NCBI GenBank assembly: GCA_030154445.1
Contig: JAGUQW010000004.1
Location: 36,940 to 100,939 of the forward strand
Reading direction: 5' to 3'
DNA length: 64,000 nt
DNA from: Spirochaetota bacterium
Lineage (GTDB): Bacteria; Spirochaetota; Brevinematia; Brevinematales; Brevinemataceae
Shown here: one piece after another, positions 17,447 through 27,159 of the stretch
Layout: the number at the start of each line of letters is the position of its first letter
How positions within the stretch are numbered: the first letter of the stretch is position 1
Program-made: the position numbers and the translations under genes
Notes under the pieces: model-generated
The model's database searches: none
Told to the model about the DNA's origin: nothing
Seen by the model: only the letters and a program-made list of their open reading frames with translations

Positions 17447-18934
17447 ATGTACATACAAAAAAAATATAAAGTTCTATTCGCTAGTAGTGAAGCTGTTCCT
17501 TTTGCAAAAGTCGGAGGATTGGCTGATGTTGTTGGTGCCCTTAGTAAAGCTTTAAATCAAAAGAAACAAGATGTTCGTATTATTATTCCAAAATATCGTT
17601 CTGTTACAGAATATATGAAAAAATATCATATCAAAGCAGAAAATATTTATAAAGTAGATATTGAATTTAATGATACAGTATATCCTTTTACTATAGAAGA
17701 AGTCTCTTATCAAGAAAATAAATTTATTTTTATTGATATTCCTGAATTTTTTGACAGAGATAATCCCTATATAGATACAACTACGGGTAAAGATTACAAC
17801 GATAATCTCAAGCGTTATGTGATTTTTAATAGGGCTGTTCTTGAAGCGTGTAAAGTTATTTCTTGGATACCAAATATTATTCATTGTCATGATTGGCACA
17901 TGGGTTTAATTCCTTTATTCAAAAAAGCACTGCCTGAATACAGCACTGTATTTCATCAAACAAAAACTGTGTTTACTATACACAATTTATCTTATCAAGG
18001 TGTTTTTTCTGTCGATCAATACCCAAGTCTAGGTATTGATTGGAAATATTTTCATATTAATGGAATCGAATATTTCAGACATATTAATTTAATGAAAAGT
18101 GGTATTGTCTTTTCTAACGCTGTAAATACCGTTAGTAAAAAATACGCAGAAGAAATCAAAACAGACGGTAAAGGATCTGGATTAGAAGGTATCATTAGAG
18201 AAAAAACAAAAAATGGTATTTTTTATGGTATTATGAATGGTGTTGATTATACAGAATGGGATCCATCGGTAGATTGTATTTTAAAAAAAAAATATTCTCT
18301 CCTATACAATGCCGATCACCTCGATAGAAAAGCTGAAATAAAAAAAAGATTTACCAAAGAAAATGGTATAAAAATTAATAAAAAAACTCCTCTCATTGGT
18401 ATTATTACAAGACTATATGACCAAAAAGGAATGGATATTTTTTTAGAATGTATAGAAAAATTATTACAAGATAATATAGCTTTTACAATTCTAGGAACAG
18501 GTAAAAAAGAATATGAAGACAAATTAACCGCTTTATCATTGAAGTACTCTTCTCTCATGGATGTTATGATAGGATTTGATGTAGATCGTTCCCATGAAAT
18601 CGAAGCAGCATCTGATATTCTTTTAATGCCTTCTCGATTTGAACCATCTGGACTTAATCAATTATATAGTCTTCGTTACGGAACAGTACCTATTGTTAGA
18701 AAAACAGGGGGGTTAGCTGATTCAGTTACCGATGGAAAAACAGGTTTTGTTTTTGAAGAGTATCACCCCGAAGCTTTATTAAAAACGGTTTTCAAAGCTA
18801 TTAATATCTGGAGAAATAACAAACCTCTATGGGAAAAAATTGTCAAAACAGGTATCAAAGAAGATTGGTCTTGGAAAAGATCCGCCAAAGGATATTTAGA
18901 CATGTATAATGAAGTTTCATCTGTACCTAGTTGA
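17447..18934 (+). CDS. glgA: Glycogen synthase (ADP-glucose type)
   Basis: VLFASSEAVPFAKVGGLADVVGAL, HCHDWH, IHNLSYQG, PSRFEPSGLNQLYSLRYGTVPIVRKTGGLADSV. Confidence 0.95.
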   Translation: MYIQKKYKVLFASSEAVPFAKVGGLADVVGALSKALNQKKQDVRIIIPKYRSVTEYMKKYHIKAENIYKVDIEFNDTVYPFTIEEVSYQENKFIFIDIPEFFDRDNPYIDTTTGKDYNDNLKRYVIFNRAVLEACKVISWIPNIIHCHDWHMGLIPLFKKALPEYSTVFHQTKTVFTIHNLSYQGVFSVDQYPSLGIDWKYFHINGIEYFRHINLMKSGIVFSNAVNTVSKKYAEEIKTDGKGSGLEGIIREKTKNGIFYGIMNGVDYTEWDPSVDCILKKKYSLLYNADHLDRKAEIKKRFTKENGIKINKKTPLIGIITRLYDQKGMDIFLECIEKLLQDNIAFTILGTGKKEYEDKLTALSLKYSSLMDVMIGFDVDRSHEIEAASDILLMPSRFEPSGLNQLYSLRYGTVPIVRKTGGLADSVTDGKTGFVFEEYHPEALLKTVFKAINIWRNNKPLWEKIVKTGIKEDWSWKRSAKGYLDMYNEVSSVPS

Positions 18935-18953
18935 TTTAAAATCACTAAAAAAA

Positions 18954-18990
18954 TAATACACTTTATCAATAGATAAGGTGTATTTTTTTG
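18954..18990 (+). terminator. Intrinsic terminator after glgA
   Basis: AATACACTTTATC-AATA-GATAAGGTGTATTTTTTT (G-U wobble in the stem). Confidence 0.7.
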
Positions 18991-19051
18991 TATATTAGTA
19001 ATATCTATCATATTAAGTATTTGAAACTTACTAAAATTTCTAGTCAAAATT

Positions 19052-19080
19052 TTGACGAAAGTTTAATAATAACTCATAAT
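19052..19080 (+). promoter_or_regulatory. Sigma70-type promoter for ddl-ftsQAZ
   Basis: TTGACG-17 nt-CATAAT. The -35 element is embedded in the palindrome GTCAAAATTTTGAC. Confidence 0.5.
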
Positions 19081-19141
19081 ATTAAATAAAGAAAAGTCTC
19101 TATCAAAGAAATTTTTTTTAAATAATATCTAGGAAAAAGAT

Positions 19142-20071
19142 ATGCACTTAAATAAAGTTCTTGTTTTAGCTGGTGGTTCTTCTGTAGAAAAAGAAATTTC
19201 AAAACAATCCGGAATCAATTTGTATCAAGCTCTCTCTGAAGCTGGTTTTGATACAACTATAATAGATCCTACGCAAGATGACTTTTCTTTTGATTTTCTC
19301 AAAAAATATGATGTTATCTATCCTATTTTACATGGTAATAAAGGTGAAGATGGATGTATTCAAGGAGTTTTAGAAACTCTCAATATTCCTTATGTTGGTT
19401 GTGATGTGCTTTCTAGTGCTATTACCATGAACAAATCCATTACCAAAAAAATATTTCAATCCTTAGATATTCCTTGTGCTAAAGGTTTTACCACTACTTC
19501 TAATATACAAGACAATTTAACAAAAATAGAAGCTATTAATTATCCTGTCTTTATCAAACCTGTAAGTGAAGGTTCTAGTATTGGCTCTCTAATCCTTCAT
19601 AACAAAGAAGAAGCACAAGATCTCTTGCCTAAGCATCTACAACAATTCCCAAATTCTCTTGTGGAAGAATTGCTCATAGGTAGAGAAATGACCGTAGGAA
19701 TTATAAAACAAAACAATCAAATACAAATACTACCTATATTAGAGTTAAAACCTAAAGCTGAATTTTACAATTTTGAGACAAAATATACCGCTGGTATGAC
19801 TGATTTTGTCATGCCAGCACCTATGGATCAAGAGACTTTAAATCTTATCCACTTTCATGTAACAACAATTTTCAAAGAATTTAATTTAAGAGATTGTATT
19901 CGTGTTGATTTGATGCTTACTGATAAAGGACCTATTTATTTAGAAATAAATACAGCTCCTGGCATGACACAAACTAGTGATATACCATTAATGCTAACAG
20001 CAGCTGATATTAATATAAAAGATTTCGTTACTCAAATGATTAAAAATGCACAAGAGAGGAACTTTAGTTGA
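19142..20071 (+). CDS. ddl: D-alanine--D-alanine ligase
   Basis: VLAGGSSVEKEISKQSG, HGNKGEDGCIQGVLE, ATP-grasp core, LEINTAPGMT. Confidence 0.9.
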   Translation: MHLNKVLVLAGGSSVEKEISKQSGINLYQALSEAGFDTTIIDPTQDDFSFDFLKKYDVIYPILHGNKGEDGCIQGVLETLNIPYVGCDVLSSAITMNKSITKKIFQSLDIPCAKGFTTTSNIQDNLTKIEAINYPVFIKPVSEGSSIGSLILHNKEEAQDLLPKHLQQFPNSLVEELLIGREMTVGIIKQNNQIQILPILELKPKAEFYNFETKYTAGMTDFVMPAPMDQETLNLIHFHVTTIFKEFNLRDCIRVDLMLTDKGPIYLEINTAPGMTQTSDIPLMLTAADINIKDFVTQMIKNAQERNFS

Positions 20072-20802
20072 ACAAAAAAATATCAGCCTTGTTAATTGTT
20101 ATTATATCCATTCTTAGTGTTATTGTTCATCAATCAATCTATGATATTTTAAATATCTTTACAGATAGTTTTTCTATTAAAAAAATTGATATCACAGGTG
20201 CTACTTATTCTCATAATGATAATTTTGATCAAATTATTACTGAAAATACTAATATCATACAGGGTAATCTTCCAAAATTAAATATAATAGAACTAAAAAA
20301 TCAATTAGAACAATTAGAATTGATTAAAACAGTAGATATTAGCAGAGACTTGCCTCATACTCTTAAAATAAAAGTAATAGAACGAACTCCTATTGCTATC
20401 GTAAAGACAAAAAATTCATCTTATAAAGTAGATAACAGTGGTTTTATTTTATTATCTATTACAAATATTTTACCTTTTGTCTTGCCTGTTATTAATGTTG
20501 ATTTTGGAATTGCCTTAAACAATAATCAAATTGTTGATGAACATCTTGTAAAAACATTATCAACATTAAATAGTACTAATATAAATTTGATTGATAAAAT
20601 AAGCATTGATAAAAATCGAGAAACATATTTTACTTTAAAAAATATAACACCACAATTCTACATTGAAAAATTAATACTTACAGAAAATTTTCTTCTCAAA
20701 GCTCAGCGTATAGGTAAAACAATTAATAGTACTAATATACAAAAAATACCAAAAATTATTGATATATATAGTAACAAAGATACATCAATAGGATTTTTCT
20801 AA
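20068..20802 (+). CDS. ftsQ: Cell division protein FtsQ (POTRA-containing)
   Basis: N-terminal TM anchor and POTRA-like IKKIDITG...PHTLKIKVIERTPIAIV. The TTG start overlaps the ddl stop, and the gene sits between ddl and ftsA. Confidence 0.7.
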   Translation: MNKKISALLIVIISILSVIVHQSIYDILNIFTDSFSIKKIDITGATYSHNDNFDQIITENTNIIQGNLPKLNIIELKNQLEQLELIKTVDISRDLPHTLKIKVIERTPIAIVKTKNSSYKVDNSGFILLSITNILPFVLPVINVDFGIALNNNQIVDEHLVKTLSTLNSTNINLIDKISIDKNRETYFTLKNITPQFYIEKLILTENFLLKAQRIGKTINSTNIQKIPKIIDIYSNKDTSIGFF

Positions 20803-20820
20803 AAATAAAAAGGATCTAAT

Positions 20821-22065
20821 GTGAATACAAATCATTCTTCTTCTATAATTGCAGGTCTCGATATAGGGTCTAGTAAAACTAGTGTTGTAATTACTAGACT
20901 TAATAACAATAACAAGCCAGAAATTTTAGGTGCTGCTAGTATACCTTCTCGTGGTATTAGAAAAGGAGTTATTGTTAATTTGGAACAAGCCGCATTAACA
21001 GTAACAGCTGCTATTGAACAAGCAGAATTACAAGCAGGGATAACAATAGAATCTGTAATTTTAGGTGTATCTGGTGGACATATAGAATTAACAAAAAGCA
21101 AAGGAATTATTGCTATTCCTTCACAAAAAGAAATTACTAGTGATGATGTTAAAAGAGTAATAGAAACAGCTACTACCATTATAATTCCTCCTGATAGAGA
21201 AATTATTCATGTATTACCGCAATCATTTTCTGTAGATGACCAATTAGGTATCAAAGACCCTACGGGAATGATGGGGTCTCGTTTGGAAATTCATGTTCAT
21301 ATTATTACTGTCGCAGCTACTTCTGTAAACAATCTTATCAAAAGTGTCTACAAAGCAGGATTTAATACAGCAGATATCATTCTTAAACCTCTTGCTGCAG
21401 CTCGTGCCTTGATAAAAGAAGATGAGAAAGAAGATGGTTGTATCCTAATTGATATTGGATCTAGCACCACTAATTATGTTATTTTTACTGAGGGTGGTAT
21501 CAAACATACAGGTCAATTATCTATAGGTGGTGGGCATATTACTAATGATATTTCTTATGGAATGAAAACCACCATGCACATAGCAGAACAAATCAAATGC
21601 AATTATGGTTCAGCTATAGCAACATCTATTCCTATGCAAGAACAATTAGAAATACCTACTCCAAATAATAGGACAGAAAGAATAGAAAGTCGTCGTCTAC
21701 TATCCGAAATTATACAACCACGTTTGGAAGAAATATTATTTTTAGTTAATGAACAAATAGAAAAAACAGGATTTAAATCGCATTTATCAGCAGGCGTTAT
21801 ACTTACTGGTGGCGTTTCATGTACTGAATATATAGATGAATTAGCTAGAGAAATTTTTCAATTGCCTGTTAGAATCGGTATGCCTTATCAATTTCGAGGA
21901 CTAGATGAATTTGTTAAAAATCCTTCTTTTTCTACTGCTACAGGCTTGTCTATCTATGGATTACAAAATACTCCTAAATTAGATTATACTAGTAGCCCTG
22001 ATGAAGATAAAAATTTTCAAAAAATTGTCTACCGTATACAAGATTGGTTTAATGAGTTCTTTTAA
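20821..22065 (+). CDS. ftsA: Cell division protein FtsA
   Basis: Actin-fold motifs AGLDIGSSKTSVVI, ILIDIGSSTTNYVIF, GGGHITNDIS, GVILTGGVS. GTG start. Confidence 0.95.
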   Translation: MNTNHSSSIIAGLDIGSSKTSVVITRLNNNNKPEILGAASIPSRGIRKGVIVNLEQAALTVTAAIEQAELQAGITIESVILGVSGGHIELTKSKGIIAIPSQKEITSDDVKRVIETATTIIIPPDREIIHVLPQSFSVDDQLGIKDPTGMMGSRLEIHVHIITVAATSVNNLIKSVYKAGFNTADIILKPLAAARALIKEDEKEDGCILIDIGSSTTNYVIFTEGGIKHTGQLSIGGGHITNDISYGMKTTMHIAEQIKCNYGSAIATSIPMQEQLEIPTPNNRTERIESRRLLSEIIQPRLEEILFLVNEQIEKTGFKSHLSAGVILTGGVSCTEYIDELAREIFQLPVRIGMPYQFRGLDEFVKNPSFSTATGLSIYGLQNTPKLDYTSSPDEDKNFQKIVYRIQDWFNEFF

Positions 22066-22186
22066 AAAATTTAAAAATATTTAAAAAAAAAATAAAATAC
22101 CGACAATTAATATAATAGATGCTACAAACTTTTGTTTTAAGACTTATTCTATTTAAATAAATATTATTTTGATACTTGGAGGACTA

Positions 22187-23776
22187 ATGTCTTACTTTGA
22201 AGAATTGTGGAGTGCAGGTAAAGATGAAAACGAAGCTTTTTCACAAAATTCACAAACTGAACCAAATATTTTTTCTATTTTTGATTCAGAGCAACTCGAA
22301 TCTAATAATAATTCCCTTGAAATCCCTTCTGTTCCTATACAGGAAGAAGTTTTTTTTACCCCTCAAAATATCGTGAATACCCCTCCCTCTAACACACCAT
22401 TACATGCCAATCTTGAGCTAGAAAATATTACTGTAGGCGGTAATCTAAAAGTTCTCGGTGTTGGTGGAGCTGGTTGTAATGCTATTAATAGAATGATAGA
22501 AGATAATGTAGCTGGTGTAGAATTTATTGCAATTAATACAGATGTACAAGTACTAAAAAAATCATTAGCACAAAAATGTATTCCTATAGGATCTAAAATC
22601 ACTAAAGGATTAGGAGCTGGTGCTAAGCCTGAAATTGGTGAAAAGGCAGCTATTGAAAGTTCTGAAGAAATTAGAAATAATCTTAAAAATACAGACATGG
22701 TATTCATTACTGCTGGTATGGGTGGTGGTACAGGTACAGGAGCAGCTCCTATAATTGCTCAAATAGCAAAAGAATCTGGATCTCTTGTTGTTGCCGTTGT
22801 AACATTACCATTCTCTTTTGAAGGCTCAAAAAGACAGAAAGCTGCTATTGAAGGAATAGATAAATTAAAAAATCATGTAGATACAATGCTTGTTATTTCA
22901 AATTCACGAATTTTTGAAATTGTTGAAAAAAATACTTCTGTAAAAGATGCTTTCAAAAAAATTGATGAAGTATTAAAACAAGCTGTTCAGGGCATCTCTG
23001 GTATTATTAGTGACACTGCTATTATTAATGTAGACTTTAACGATATAAAAACTATCCTTGCAAATCGTGGTGAAGCAATTATGGGTATTGGTCAAGCAAA
23101 AGGAGATGGTCGTGCGTTGAAAGCTGCTCAAGAAGCTCTTGCAAATCCTCTAATCGAAAATAATACTTTCAAACAATCAGGAGCTATGGTTGCTAAAATC
23201 ATTGGTGGGTCTGATTTTGATATGAAAGAATTTCATGAAGCAGCAGAAGCTATTTCGAAATTTTGTAGACCTGACGCTGAAATCATTATTGGCTTAGATT
23301 TTGATGAAAATTTGAGAGATCAAGTGCGTATCATTATTATAGCAACTGATCTAATAAGAGAAAATCCTAATAAAAATTCTATACCTATACAATCTCAACA
23401 GACTCAACAAACTCATAATGCGTTTAATACTATAGAAGATTTACAAAATATGCATTCTCTTGAGAACCAACATCAACAAGATTTAAGTGAAAAAAATTAT
23501 ATTGATTTTGATGAAGATTGGGGTATAAAATCAACACCTACTCCAAAAAGTTTTTCACAACAACAAACACCTATTCAGCAAGCTCAACAGAATACTTTTG
23601 GAGAAAGAAGAAGTATTGACTTTTCTTTGAGAAAAGAAGATACACAAGTGTATAATGAATTTGATCCTAGTGAAGCTAGGCGTTCTGTAAGTGGTGTTCC
23701 CTCTATGGTTTCTGACTTAGACACTCCTGCATTCTTAAGACGAAGAAAAAAAATTCACAGTGACTCAAATTATTAA
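22187..23776 (+). CDS. ftsZ: Cell division GTPase FtsZ, with long N-terminal extension and Q-rich linker
   Basis: LKVLGVGGAGCNAINRM, T4 loop GLGAGAKPEIG, tubulin signature motif ITAGMGGGTGTGAAP and C-terminal peptide DLDTPAFLRRRKK. The ATG at 22187 is preceded by a GGAGG RBS, whereas the track start is an upstream TTG. Confidence 0.95.
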   Translation: MSYFEELWSAGKDENEAFSQNSQTEPNIFSIFDSEQLESNNNSLEIPSVPIQEEVFFTPQNIVNTPPSNTPLHANLELENITVGGNLKVLGVGGAGCNAINRMIEDNVAGVEFIAINTDVQVLKKSLAQKCIPIGSKITKGLGAGAKPEIGEKAAIESSEEIRNNLKNTDMVFITAGMGGGTGTGAAPIIAQIAKESGSLVVAVVTLPFSFEGSKRQKAAIEGIDKLKNHVDTMLVISNSRIFEIVEKNTSVKDAFKKIDEVLKQAVQGISGIISDTAIINVDFNDIKTILANRGEAIMGIGQAKGDGRALKAAQEALANPLIENNTFKQSGAMVAKIIGGSDFDMKEFHEAAEAISKFCRPDAEIIIGLDFDENLRDQVRIIIIATDLIRENPNKNSIPIQSQQTQQTHNAFNTIEDLQNMHSLENQHQQDLSEKNYIDFDEDWGIKSTPTPKSFSQQQTPIQQAQQNTFGERRSIDFSLRKEDTQVYNEFDPSEARRSVSGVPSMVSDLDTPAFLRRRKKIHSDSNY

Positions 23777-23780
23777 TAAT

Positions 23781-23812
23781 AAATCGTACCGTTTTTAACG
23801 GTACGATTTATT
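23781..23812 (+). terminator. Intrinsic terminator after ftsZ
   Basis: AAATCGTACCGTT-TTT-AACGGTACGATTT: a 13-bp stem with a weak T tract. Confidence 0.65.
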
Positions 23813-23826
23813 AGATAGGATATATT

Positions 23827-25041
23827 ATGAATAATATTAAATTAGTTCTATTACTTTTTTCTATTTCGTTACTTATTAGTTGTCAACGAAAAACATTATC
23901 TTATGAAAAAATTTTTGAAATAGATCTTGGATTTGAATCAAACCAAATTGGAAGTAATATTCCTATTTTAGAAAGCTATAGTAATAGACAAGGATTTCCA
24001 GATAATTTTCTTGTAGATGTTCCTAAGATTACTATTCAAGATTTCAAAATATATATAGCGGATTCTTATAACAAAGTTGTCAATGTATTTCCTTCTGGAA
24101 TAGGAAAAGGAAATATTAATAATAATCCTACCATATCAATCCCAAACAAAGGAGAAAATTATTCTTTCGCTAGACCTTATGAAGTTTTTGTAGATAGATA
24201 TAATGATATTTATGTACTTGCATCCATAATAGATTCAGAATCTTATGAAGTTCAAAATTATAGTAATCAAACAGCAGAAATTAAAAATTATGATCAATTT
24301 CAAAAAAATATTAAAAAAATATCTGATACTAATTTTTATATTTACAAATTTTCTTCACGCGGTGTATTTTTGTATCGTTTAGGAATCAATGGTATTAATT
24401 CTAAACCAATATTATATCCTACTCAAATAAGTGGAGATAATTTTGGCAATCTCTATCTTTATTTTTTAAATTTTGATACAAAAAAGAATAATCATTATTA
24501 TATCATGCGTCGATATTCTAGTATAGGTGAATTAAATTTTGAATTTAATAGTAAAACAGTTGATCTACAAACTAATATTAATGATATATATTATAATGGG
24601 AATATTATTAATATTAAAAATTATAAGCATGATGAACAACTTGCAATCTTAACTGAATATCAACCTATCACTAATAGTAACAAGGAAATCATCCCCCCTA
24701 ATATAGAAAATATTTGGTCTTCAGTTAATGTATATTCTATACTAGAAAATGATTTTACAACAGAAGTCTTTAAAAATAAAAAAATTACAGAAGATATTCT
24801 TGGTATTGACAAACGAGGACGAATTTTTTTCCAAAGTTATAATGAACAGACAGAATCTTTAAAAATAAGGATATTAGATCCAGAAAAAAATCATGAAAAG
24901 ATATATTTCACACCAATTCACTCGTCTTATTATATATTGTTTGATTATTTTTTAGACAATAATGGAACTCTTTATAATTATCTCTTAGATAGAAATAATA
25001 AAATTATTGTTCTTCAATGGAACACTGAAGATAAATCATAA
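23827..25041 (+). CDS. Putative lipoprotein, uncharacterised (repeat/propeller-like)
   Basis: Lipobox in MNNIKLVLLLFSISLLISC-Q. N/Y-rich repeats such as IYVLAS, NLYLYF and GRIFFQS suggest beta-blades. No specific family recognised. Confidence 0.5.
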   Translation: MNNIKLVLLLFSISLLISCQRKTLSYEKIFEIDLGFESNQIGSNIPILESYSNRQGFPDNFLVDVPKITIQDFKIYIADSYNKVVNVFPSGIGKGNINNNPTISIPNKGENYSFARPYEVFVDRYNDIYVLASIIDSESYEVQNYSNQTAEIKNYDQFQKNIKKISDTNFYIYKFSSRGVFLYRLGINGINSKPILYPTQISGDNFGNLYLYFLNFDTKKNNHYYIMRRYSSIGELNFEFNSKTVDLQTNINDIYYNGNIINIKNYKHDEQLAILTEYQPITNSNKEIIPPNIENIWSSVNVYSILENDFTTEVFKNKKITEDILGIDKRGRIFFQSYNEQTESLKIRILDPEKNHEKIYFTPIHSSYYILFDYFLDNNGTLYNYLLDRNNKIIVLQWNTEDKS

Positions 25042-25512
25042 ATGATTATTTGTGGTATAGATCCAGGATATGATAGAGCTGGATATGGATTTGTAAAAAT
25101 AGTTGAAAATAGATGCGAAGTGTTAGCTTATGGATTGGTATCTACAAAAAAAAATAAATCATTTTGTGAAAGAATATTTGAATTAGGGATGGATTTTGAA
25201 CAATTATTTGATACTTATAAACCAGATCATATTTTCATAGAAAAACTATTTATGGGGCGTAACACTTCTACAGTTTTACAAGTTGCTGAAGTCAGAGGCG
25301 TACTTCGTTATCTTGCTCAAAAAAAAAACACTCCTCTCTCTGAACTGGCTCCAACAAGTATCAAAAAAACAGTTTCTGGATATGGTGCAGCAGACAAACA
25401 ACAAATGATTAGAGCTATTACTCTCCTTTTGAAATTACCTGAAGCACCGCACCCTGATGATGTGGCAGATGCATTATCTATTGCGTTTTGTGGTTATATA
25501 AAATTATCATAA
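25042..25512 (+). CDS. ruvC: Holliday junction resolvase RuvC
   Basis: IICGIDPGYDRAGYGFV, IEKLFMGRN and PHPDDVADALSIAF (catalytic acidic residues). Confidence 0.9.
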   Translation: MIICGIDPGYDRAGYGFVKIVENRCEVLAYGLVSTKKNKSFCERIFELGMDFEQLFDTYKPDHIFIEKLFMGRNTSTVLQVAEVRGVLRYLAQKKNTPLSELAPTSIKKTVSGYGAADKQQMIRAITLLLKLPEAPHPDDVADALSIAFCGYIKLS

Positions 25513-25583
25513 TCGAATCTTTTTAAAGAATTTATCACTTATATATTATAAATAATTCAAACTAATAATTATAGGAGAATTTC

Positions 25584-27044
25584 ATGTTTTATAAAAAATT
25601 TAAAAATATAATAATAATGACTATTACTATTATATCTATTATTTCTGGAATATCTATAATACAAGCTCAGAAACAATCATTATCTATTTCTATAAGTAAT
25701 AAAAATATAGAAGATTTACCAGAATTATCAAGTGTACAAAATTTACAGACTGTTCTTAGAGCTATTGCAAAAAATATAACTCCAGGAGTTGTTAGTATTG
25801 AAATAGATGGATCAAAAAATGTTCCAGCGTCTATTTCCTCAGATCCTTTTTTTCAATATTTTTTTGGAAATAGAGAAGAATTACGCCGTCAATATAATTC
25901 CGTAGGTTCTGGTTTTATTATTACTCCAGATGGATATTTATTTTCTAATTGGCATGTTGTCAAAGATGCGTCAAGTATAAAAATAACATTAGCAGATAAT
26001 CGATCATTTGATGCCAAATTAATTGGTGCTGATACTGAATTAGATATAGCTCTTCTCAAAATCGAAGGTAAAGATTTACCTGTTGTTCCGTTAGGCAATG
26101 CTGACGAAACACAAGTTGGTGATCTAGTTGTAGCTATTGGAAATCCTTTTGGATTATCAAGCACTTTTACTTTTGGTACTGTTAGTGGTTTGGGAAGAGA
26201 GGGGGTTTTACCAGGATTACAACGCTTTCTACAATCTGATGTAGCTGTCAATCCAGGAAATTCAGGTGGACCTTTACTAAATATCAGAGGTCAAGCAATT
26301 GGTATCAACACAGCAATTCGTTCTCAAAGTGGCGGATATGAAGGAATTAGTTTTGCTATTCCTATTAATATTGCGCGAAGTATTGCAGAACAATTGTTTT
26401 CTTCAGGAACAATAGAAAGAGGTTTTTTAGGAATTGTTCCTCAAGAGTTAGATTCAATTACACGGAAATCTCTTAATCTTGAGAATGCCGAAGGTATCTT
26501 AGTTTCTTCATTAGAAAGTAGAGGTCCTGCTTACGAATCTGGAATAAAACAAGGTGATATTATTACTAAAGTTGATAAAACTACTATTTCAACACCTTCT
26601 CATTTAACAGAAATAATAGCTACTAAAAAACCGAAATCAAGCGTAGAGATAGAAGTTTTACGGAATGGACAAAGAACTAATCTTATAGTCACTCTTGGAA
26701 TGAGACCTTCAGCCTTGGTAAGAGGTAGAGCAGAAGAAGGTGCTGAAGATCCTGGAAATCCATCCTCTAGTGTTATTTTTAAAGATATTACATTTTCTAG
26801 CCCATCCGATAATGATCTTAAAAGAAGTGGTGCAACAGAGGGAGTTGTTGTTTCTAAAGTAAATCCAAATAGTCCTCTTGCATTTATTGTATCTAAAGGT
26901 GATATCATTGCAGCAATAAATAATTATCCAACACCAAATATAGATGAATTTAGAGAAGTAACCCAAAATCTTGCTAATTCTCGTCGTTTTGCTTTTGCTA
27001 TTTATAAAAATGGATATTTAGTATATCGTAGTATAGAATTTTAA
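25584..27044 (+). CDS. htrA: Periplasmic serine protease HtrA/DegP with two PDZ domains
   Basis: Signal anchor; catalytic His (SNWHVV), Asp (DIALLKI) and Ser (NPGNSGGPLLN); two PDZ-like segments. Confidence 0.9.
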   Translation: MFYKKFKNIIIMTITIISIISGISIIQAQKQSLSISISNKNIEDLPELSSVQNLQTVLRAIAKNITPGVVSIEIDGSKNVPASISSDPFFQYFFGNREELRRQYNSVGSGFIITPDGYLFSNWHVVKDASSIKITLADNRSFDAKLIGADTELDIALLKIEGKDLPVVPLGNADETQVGDLVVAIGNPFGLSSTFTFGTVSGLGREGVLPGLQRFLQSDVAVNPGNSGGPLLNIRGQAIGINTAIRSQSGGYEGISFAIPINIARSIAEQLFSSGTIERGFLGIVPQELDSITRKSLNLENAEGILVSSLESRGPAYESGIKQGDIITKVDKTTISTPSHLTEIIATKKPKSSVEIEVLRNGQRTNLIVTLGMRPSALVRGRAEEGAEDPGNPSSSVIFKDITFSSPSDNDLKRSGATEGVVVSKVNPNSPLAFIVSKGDIIAAINNYPTPNIDEFREVTQNLANSRRFAFAIYKNGYLVYRSIEF

Positions 27045-27053
27045 GTAATATAC

Positions 27054-27097
27054 AAAAAAAAGGTACTACACATAATATATGTGTAGTACCTTTTTTT
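27054..27097 (+). terminator. Intrinsic terminator after htrA
   Basis: AAAAAAAAGGTACTACACATAATATATGTGTAGTACCTTTTTTT: a long perfect hairpin. Confidence 0.85.
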
Positions 27098-27106
27098 GAT
27101 AAAGTA

Positions 27107-27135
27107 TTGCAATATTTTATCAAAAAAGTTATAAT
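27107..27135 (+). promoter_or_regulatory. Sigma70-type promoter for the NhaC-family gene
   Basis: TTGCAA-17 nt-TATAAT. Confidence 0.55.
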
Positions 27136-27159
27136 TTACTAATATTAGGAGTCATCACT

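Noticed and set aside
25889-26251. Antisense ORFs inside well-supported genes. Examples: 3115-3312, 10023-10250, 20832-21179, 22363-22707, 25889-26251, 26600-26966, 34734-35174, 48691-49062, 51165-51863, 58086-58370.
   Set aside because: Each overlaps a gene with unmistakable conserved motifs on the opposite strand. Long antisense frames are expected by chance, and none has an RBS or recognisable motifs.
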